Shown here in pieces: positions 59,581 through 64,000 of a stretch of 64,000 nucleotides of DNA. The stretch spans positions 1,952,001 to 2,016,000 of the forward strand of contig CAXXVL010000002.1 in the NCBI GenBank assembly GCA_963667845.2. Direction: 5' to 3'. The position numbers and the translations under genes are program-made. The stretch's first letter is position 1; every line of letters begins with the position of its first letter. The DNA comes from Smithellaceae bacterium (GTDB lineage Bacteria > Desulfobacterota > Syntrophia > Syntrophales > Smithellaceae). The notes below the pieces were generated by a model. The model was given only the letters and a program-made list of their open reading frames with translations. It was not told where the DNA came from and made no database searches.

Positions 59581-60873
59581 TTATTCCTTCTTCGCCCCGA
59601 TCAACTGCGGCGTCTGCTCGGTATTATATTGCCTGCGGGCGATGCGCTCCACCTGGGGTCTGAGGTAGCCGAACAGGTCGTCCATCCTGAGGGAACCATC
59701 CGGTTTGACGACGTCTTCATTCCTGATCCCTTTGAGCAGGAAGTAGGTAAAGAGTCCATGTCCTTTTTCTTTGTAGGTCGAGCTGATCTGTTCGCCTGCC
59801 GATGCCGCCAGAACCGTCATGTTCCTGGACAGGGCCATGTTGCCCTGCAGGTTCATCACCAGAGGCCGCGCTCCCTGGGCCAGCACCGACCTGCCGCCGG
59901 CGCCGGAAAAGCAGGAGTCCAGGGCAACAACGATCTCTTTGGCCGGAAGTTTGCCGAGCGCACTGTACATCCTTTTTAAGGAATATCCCGTCTGGTCAAT
60001 GAAAGACGGATCTCCATCGTAAGGGACAAGATAAGCATCGCCCGTTTTGGGATTGGGCGCGCCGTGGCCGGAAAAATAAACAAACACCGTGCCGCCAGGT
60101 TCGACATGATTGCCGAGCCACTTTTCGAAATACTTTTCGAAGTCGCTTTTTAACGCGCTTTCATTTAATAGGGTAATTACATTTTCCTCCGGAATGCCCA
60201 GGGTTCGCACCAGATAAGCGGCGACGAGCCGGGCATCCTGCGTCGCAAAGTCGGCCCGCGGCAGCTTCTGACGGTAATTTTCAATGCCGATGACAATGGC
60301 GTAAGCATTTTTTCGCGGATTCGCGTAAGCTTTCGGCAGATCATCGATATCTGACCAAACGGCCGCCGCGGTCATGGATTCGGGCGAAGGCGCAGAGGCG
60401 GCGCTTACCGGCTTTTGTGCCGTCCGGGCAACCCGCAAGAGATCGTCGCTTTCATCGATGAGCCCATAACCTGCCATATCCTTTCTTGCATCAGCCGCGT
60501 CGACCAGGACCGGACGCGGGGATATTGTTGATGCTTTGACATAGTATGTCCTGCCGGCTTCGAAGAGAACGGAGAGCGCATACTGGGGATTATGGCTGTG
60601 AACGCGGTGTTTGCCCGGTTCCAGCAGAACGGCTAAATATGTACTTTCCGCGAGACTGCCCGCCGAGTTCCCATCGATCAAAATTTCAGTCAGAACGGCG
60701 CTGCCGGCGAACACGGCGTTGCGATAAACGTAAAGCAGGGCTTTGTCCGAAGGCGGCGCCATGTTCTTCATTTTCCTGTCTGTTTCCGGCGGTGCCACCG
60801 GCACCGTGGCGCAGGCTGAAATCATCATCGCCACGATCAGGAATAACGCCGCGCAGACAATCCGTTTCTTCAT
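59581..60873 (-). CDS. Caspase-family (peptidase C14) lipoprotein with DUF2846-like N-domain
   Basis: Lipobox ISAC; DKALLYVYR...LEPGKH...AGRTYYV; FSGHG and LDSCFSG. Confidence 0.85.
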   Translation of the reverse strand: MKKRIVCAALFLIVAMMISACATVPVAPPETDRKMKNMAPPSDKALLYVYRNAVFAGSAVLTEILIDGNSAGSLAESTYLAVLLEPGKHRVHSHNPQYALSVLFEAGRTYYVKASTISPRPVLVDAADARKDMAGYGLIDESDDLLRVARTAQKPVSAASAPSPESMTAAAVWSDIDDLPKAYANPRKNAYAIVIGIENYRQKLPRADFATQDARLVAAYLVRTLGIPEENVITLLNESALKSDFEKYFEKWLGNHVEPGGTVFVYFSGHGAPNPKTGDAYLVPYDGDPSFIDQTGYSLKRMYSALGKLPAKEIVVALDSCFSGAGGRSVLAQGARPLVMNLQGNMALSRNMTVLAASAGEQISSTYKEKGHGLFTYFLLKGIRNEDVVKPDGSLRMDDLFGYLRPQVERIARRQYNTEQTPQLIGAKKE

Positions 60874-60958
60874 GTCACCTTCCTCCATCGATCAAGCATC
60901 CGTTTCTTATTTGCAAATTTTATATCGGCCCTGTCCCTCTCAGGGATCATCAAAAGAT

Positions 60959-62143
60959 TTAATCCCATTTTGTCCCCATCAACTGCGGTGTCTGTTCGTT
61001 GTTATATTGTTTCCGGGCAATACGTTCCACCCGGGGTTTGATGTAGCCGAACAAGTCCTCCATCTTGAGGGAACCATCCGGTTTTACGACATCTTCATTT
61101 TTGATCCCTTTGAGCAGAAAGTAGGTGAAAAGCCCGTGACCTTTTTCATCATAGGTTGAACTGATTTGATTTTCCGCCGAGGCTGCCAGAACCGTCATAT
61201 TTTTTGATAATGCCGTGTGGCCCTGCAGATTTATCACGAGCGGCCGCGCACCTTTGGCAATGACGGATCTGCCGCCGGCGCCCGAGAAACAGGAATCCAG
61301 CGCGACAATAACTTCTTTTGCCGGCAGTTTCCCCAAAGCGTCATACATCCTTTTTAAGGAATATCCCGTCTGATCGATGAAAGACGGATCTCCGTCGTAA
61401 GGGACGAGATAGGCATCGCCCGTTTTGGGGTTGGGCGCTCCATGGCCCGAATAGTATACGAAAACGGCGCTGTCCTTTTCCACATTGTCCGGGAGCCATT
61501 TTTCAAAATACTTCGCCAGGTCCACGTAAGAAGCACGGTCATTCAAAAGTGTAACAATATTTTCTTCAGGATACCCCATGACCCTGATTAAATACTCGCT
61601 CACCAACTTTGCATCGCCTGCCGCAAAATCCGCCCCGGGAAGCTTCTGACGGTAATTTTCAATCCCGATCACAATGGCATAAGCATTCCTATTGGAAGTC
61701 GTTTTTACCGCAGGCAGTTCATCAACATCGGATTTGACAACCCGGCTTGCTTCTCGCGGCGATTCAACAGATGCGGCCCTTGCCGGCTGTGACTGATCCT
61801 TTCCCGTTTTTAATTCTGCAAGCATCTTTTTACATCTTGACTGATAGGGTTGTTTCAATCGTGCACAACTTTCCAGGGCCAGATTAATGTCGGCGCCTCT
61901 ATCGATCAGCAACTTGGCGACGTCGCTATGTCCGGCCATGGCCGCATATCCCAGGGGTGTCAAAAATCCTGTCCCCGCCTGATTGACATCAGCTCCCTTG
62001 TCGATAAGATCTCGCGCCAGGCCGATATCTCCGGTTCTTGCCGCATCCGTCAATAAGACAGGCTTTGCCAGGCAACCGAAAACACAGACCACAAAAAGAG
62101 CGAGCAATGTCGACCTCAGGATTTTATTTAAAATGTTTTTCAT
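60959..62143 (-). CDS. Caspase-family lipoprotein with about 2 ankyrin repeats
   Basis: Lipobox VFGC; TPLGYAA.AGH...LLIDRGADIN; YSGHG and LDSCFSG. Confidence 0.87.
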   Translation of the reverse strand: MKNILNKILRSTLLALFVVCVFGCLAKPVLLTDAARTGDIGLARDLIDKGADVNQAGTGFLTPLGYAAMAGHSDVAKLLIDRGADINLALESCARLKQPYQSRCKKMLAELKTGKDQSQPARAASVESPREASRVVKSDVDELPAVKTTSNRNAYAIVIGIENYRQKLPGADFAAGDAKLVSEYLIRVMGYPEENIVTLLNDRASYVDLAKYFEKWLPDNVEKDSAVFVYYSGHGAPNPKTGDAYLVPYDGDPSFIDQTGYSLKRMYDALGKLPAKEVIVALDSCFSGAGGRSVIAKGARPLVINLQGHTALSKNMTVLAASAENQISSTYDEKGHGLFTYFLLKGIKNEDVVKPDGSLKMEDLFGYIKPRVERIARKQYNNEQTPQLMGTKWD

Positions 62144-62153
62144 TTGCAGACAC

Positions 62154-63866
62154 TCACTTTCTCAGACTGAACCTGCCTTTCAACTTCTCCGCATCGGGAC
62201 TGACCGACGGGCTCTGCTGAACGTTGAGCTGCTTGGCCTCGTCTTCCACCTGCGGTTTGATCTGTTCGTAAATTTCAGAAACGGACTTCCTGCCGTCTTT
62301 AATTGCTTTGAGAAAATAGTAGGTGAAGACGCCGTGTCCCTTCTCCGGAGAGGACGTGCTGATCTGTGAACCCTGCGTGGCGGAAAGAACCGCCATATTC
62401 TTCCCCACGGCGGCGACGCCCGTGGTCAGGACCAGCGGCCTGGCTCCTTTGGCTAGGACACTTCGTCCGCCCGCGCCGGAGAAACAGGCGTCCAGAACGA
62501 CAACAATCTCTGCCGCCGGCAGATTGCCCAGGTGCTCGTAAAGCCTCTTCAACGGATAGCCGGTCACTGCGAGATAGTTCGGATCTCCGTCGTAGGGCAC
62601 CAGGCAGGCCTCGCCGGTGGCGGGGTCGGGCGCGCCGTGTCCGGAGTAATAGACCAGAATCCGGCTGGCAGGCTTCGTTTTGTTTTTGAGCCAGATGTCG
62701 ATGGATTTTACAATCCCGGAGAGCGTCGCTTTTTCATCCGTCAAAAGCTCGATGTTGCGTTCTTTGAATCCCAGAGCTCTGGCATAGGCTTTGACCAGCA
62801 GAGCATCATCATAAGAGTAATCGGATTTGGGAAGGCTCTGGTAGCCTTCTATGCCGATGATGACCGCAATGTCATTGTCTCCCATGATTTTCTCGGCGGT
62901 TGAAAAGACCGGAGTTTCGATCTCGGCATCAGACGCCGATGATGATTTTGCAGCCTTCTTCTGCGCTTTTGCCGTTTCCTCAACCGCCGCCTTCACGATA
63001 TTCGTCAGTTCTTCTTTTGAAAGGGTTGTGGCCGAGGCCGCTTGCGGACCGGCTATTTCCTGTTTTTTTACGTACTTGCCCAGAAGATTTAAACCCTGCT
63101 TGTATTTTGTTGTTTCCGAGGCGTCTTTTGATGAACCTACGCCGGATTCCAGCGCCACCATTGCGGTATCAATATCGGCGCCGGAGGCCACAAGAATTTT
63201 GACAACGTCATGATGCCCGTTAAAGGCTGCATTGCTCAGGGCGGTCTTCCCCCTCGTGGTTTTCAGATTGATTGCGGCGCCTCTATCCAACAGAATTTTT
63301 ACATCGTTGGCACTCCCATTCCCCGCCGCGACGATTAATGGTGTTTCTCCAGAACCTGGCCCCATTTCGTTGACATCAGCACCCCGATCCAATAACATTT
63401 TAACGATTTGAGTATGTCCGCCGCGTGCTGATAATACCGTCCACATTAATGCACTGATTCTAAGCATGCTGTCGGTTGCCCTGATATCCGCGCCCCGTTC
63501 CAGTAAAAGCTTTACGGTCTCGGCGTGCCCCTCTCTTGCCGCCAAAATCAGCGGAGTAGGATTATAGTTGCCGAACCGGTATCCGCCCCTCCTTTGATTG
63601 ATATCAGCGCCTTTATCCAATAAGATTTTGACGGCAGCGGTGCGGCCGTTCTTGGCCGCACATCCCAGAGGCGTGTAGCTTTCGAATTCCTGCATGGCGC
63701 TGTCACAATGCGATGTTGCATTGATATCTGCACCGCTTAGCAATACATCCTCTATCGCTTTGGGGTCATTCTTATCGATCGCCTGCATTAAGGAAGACAT
63801 GCTGGCACAGCCGCACAGAAGGCTTATGGATAAAAGCGGCAGCCATACACGCAAGAATTTTCTCAT
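62154..63866 (-). CDS. Caspase-family lipoprotein with 5-6 ankyrin repeats
   Basis: Lipobox LCGC; repeated TPL..AA..G...LL..GAD.N; YSGHG and LDACFSG. Confidence 0.88.
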   Translation of the reverse strand: MRKFLRVWLPLLSISLLCGCASMSSLMQAIDKNDPKAIEDVLLSGADINATSHCDSAMQEFESYTPLGCAAKNGRTAAVKILLDKGADINQRRGGYRFGNYNPTPLILAAREGHAETVKLLLERGADIRATDSMLRISALMWTVLSARGGHTQIVKMLLDRGADVNEMGPGSGETPLIVAAGNGSANDVKILLDRGAAINLKTTRGKTALSNAAFNGHHDVVKILVASGADIDTAMVALESGVGSSKDASETTKYKQGLNLLGKYVKKQEIAGPQAASATTLSKEELTNIVKAAVEETAKAQKKAAKSSSASDAEIETPVFSTAEKIMGDNDIAVIIGIEGYQSLPKSDYSYDDALLVKAYARALGFKERNIELLTDEKATLSGIVKSIDIWLKNKTKPASRILVYYSGHGAPDPATGEACLVPYDGDPNYLAVTGYPLKRLYEHLGNLPAAEIVVVLDACFSGAGGRSVLAKGARPLVLTTGVAAVGKNMAVLSATQGSQISTSSPEKGHGVFTYYFLKAIKDGRKSVSEIYEQIKPQVEDEAKQLNVQQSPSVSPDAEKLKGRFSLRK

Positions 63867-63876
63867 GGCTTATCTC

Positions 63877-64000
63877 CTACCGGTCTTTCTTGGGTACCAT
63901 CAACTGCGGTGTCTGTTCATTGTTGTACTGTTTCCGGGCAAGCTTTGCACTTCGGGTTTGGTATAGCCGAACGGATCATCCATCTCAGGGGACCCGTCCG
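63877..64000 (-). pseudogene. 3' end of a fourth caspase-family gene, frameshifted (truncated by window edge)
   Basis: DGSPEMDDPFGYTKPEVQ / ARKQYNNEQTPQLM in two frames; matches paralog C-terminus. Confidence 0.7.

Noticed and set aside
1..64000. tRNA, rRNA, IS elements or prophage
   Set aside because: No cloverleaf, rRNA, transposase or phage structural signatures recognised by eye

Overview
64-kb bacterial chromosomal window. Gene content suggests an anaerobic deltaproteobacterium (Desulfobacterota/Syntrophales-like); that assignment is inference. From left to right: (1) a TonB-dependent uptake locus with YHS and polyferredoxin genes, a three-gene transhydrogenase and a CFI-box-CTERM surface protein. 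(2) A complete sedentary integron: intI at 27569-28882 (+), attI at about 27403 and a minus-strand cassette array. The seven proximal attC sites are intact, and the proximal cassettes include candidate defence genes (Abi_C, HNH, HEPN-like). attC sites then decay progressively down to about 14.7 kb, possibly 10.9 kb. One cassette carries an aadA-type attC, and a distal gene looks like a UGA-readthrough selenoprotein. (3) A stress/NAD-salvage block. (4) A heptaheme cytochrome c gene in an operon with two IorAB-type molybdo-oxidoreductases, XdhC and MocA. (5) Transporters, Hsp20, CoA transferases and an SDR. (6) A tandem array of caspase-family (C14) lipoproteins with interchangeable N-terminal domains, followed by DUF4384-like and DUF3617-like exported proteins. 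All family assignments come from motif recognition, not database searches. Several single-base frameshifts may be assembly errors.
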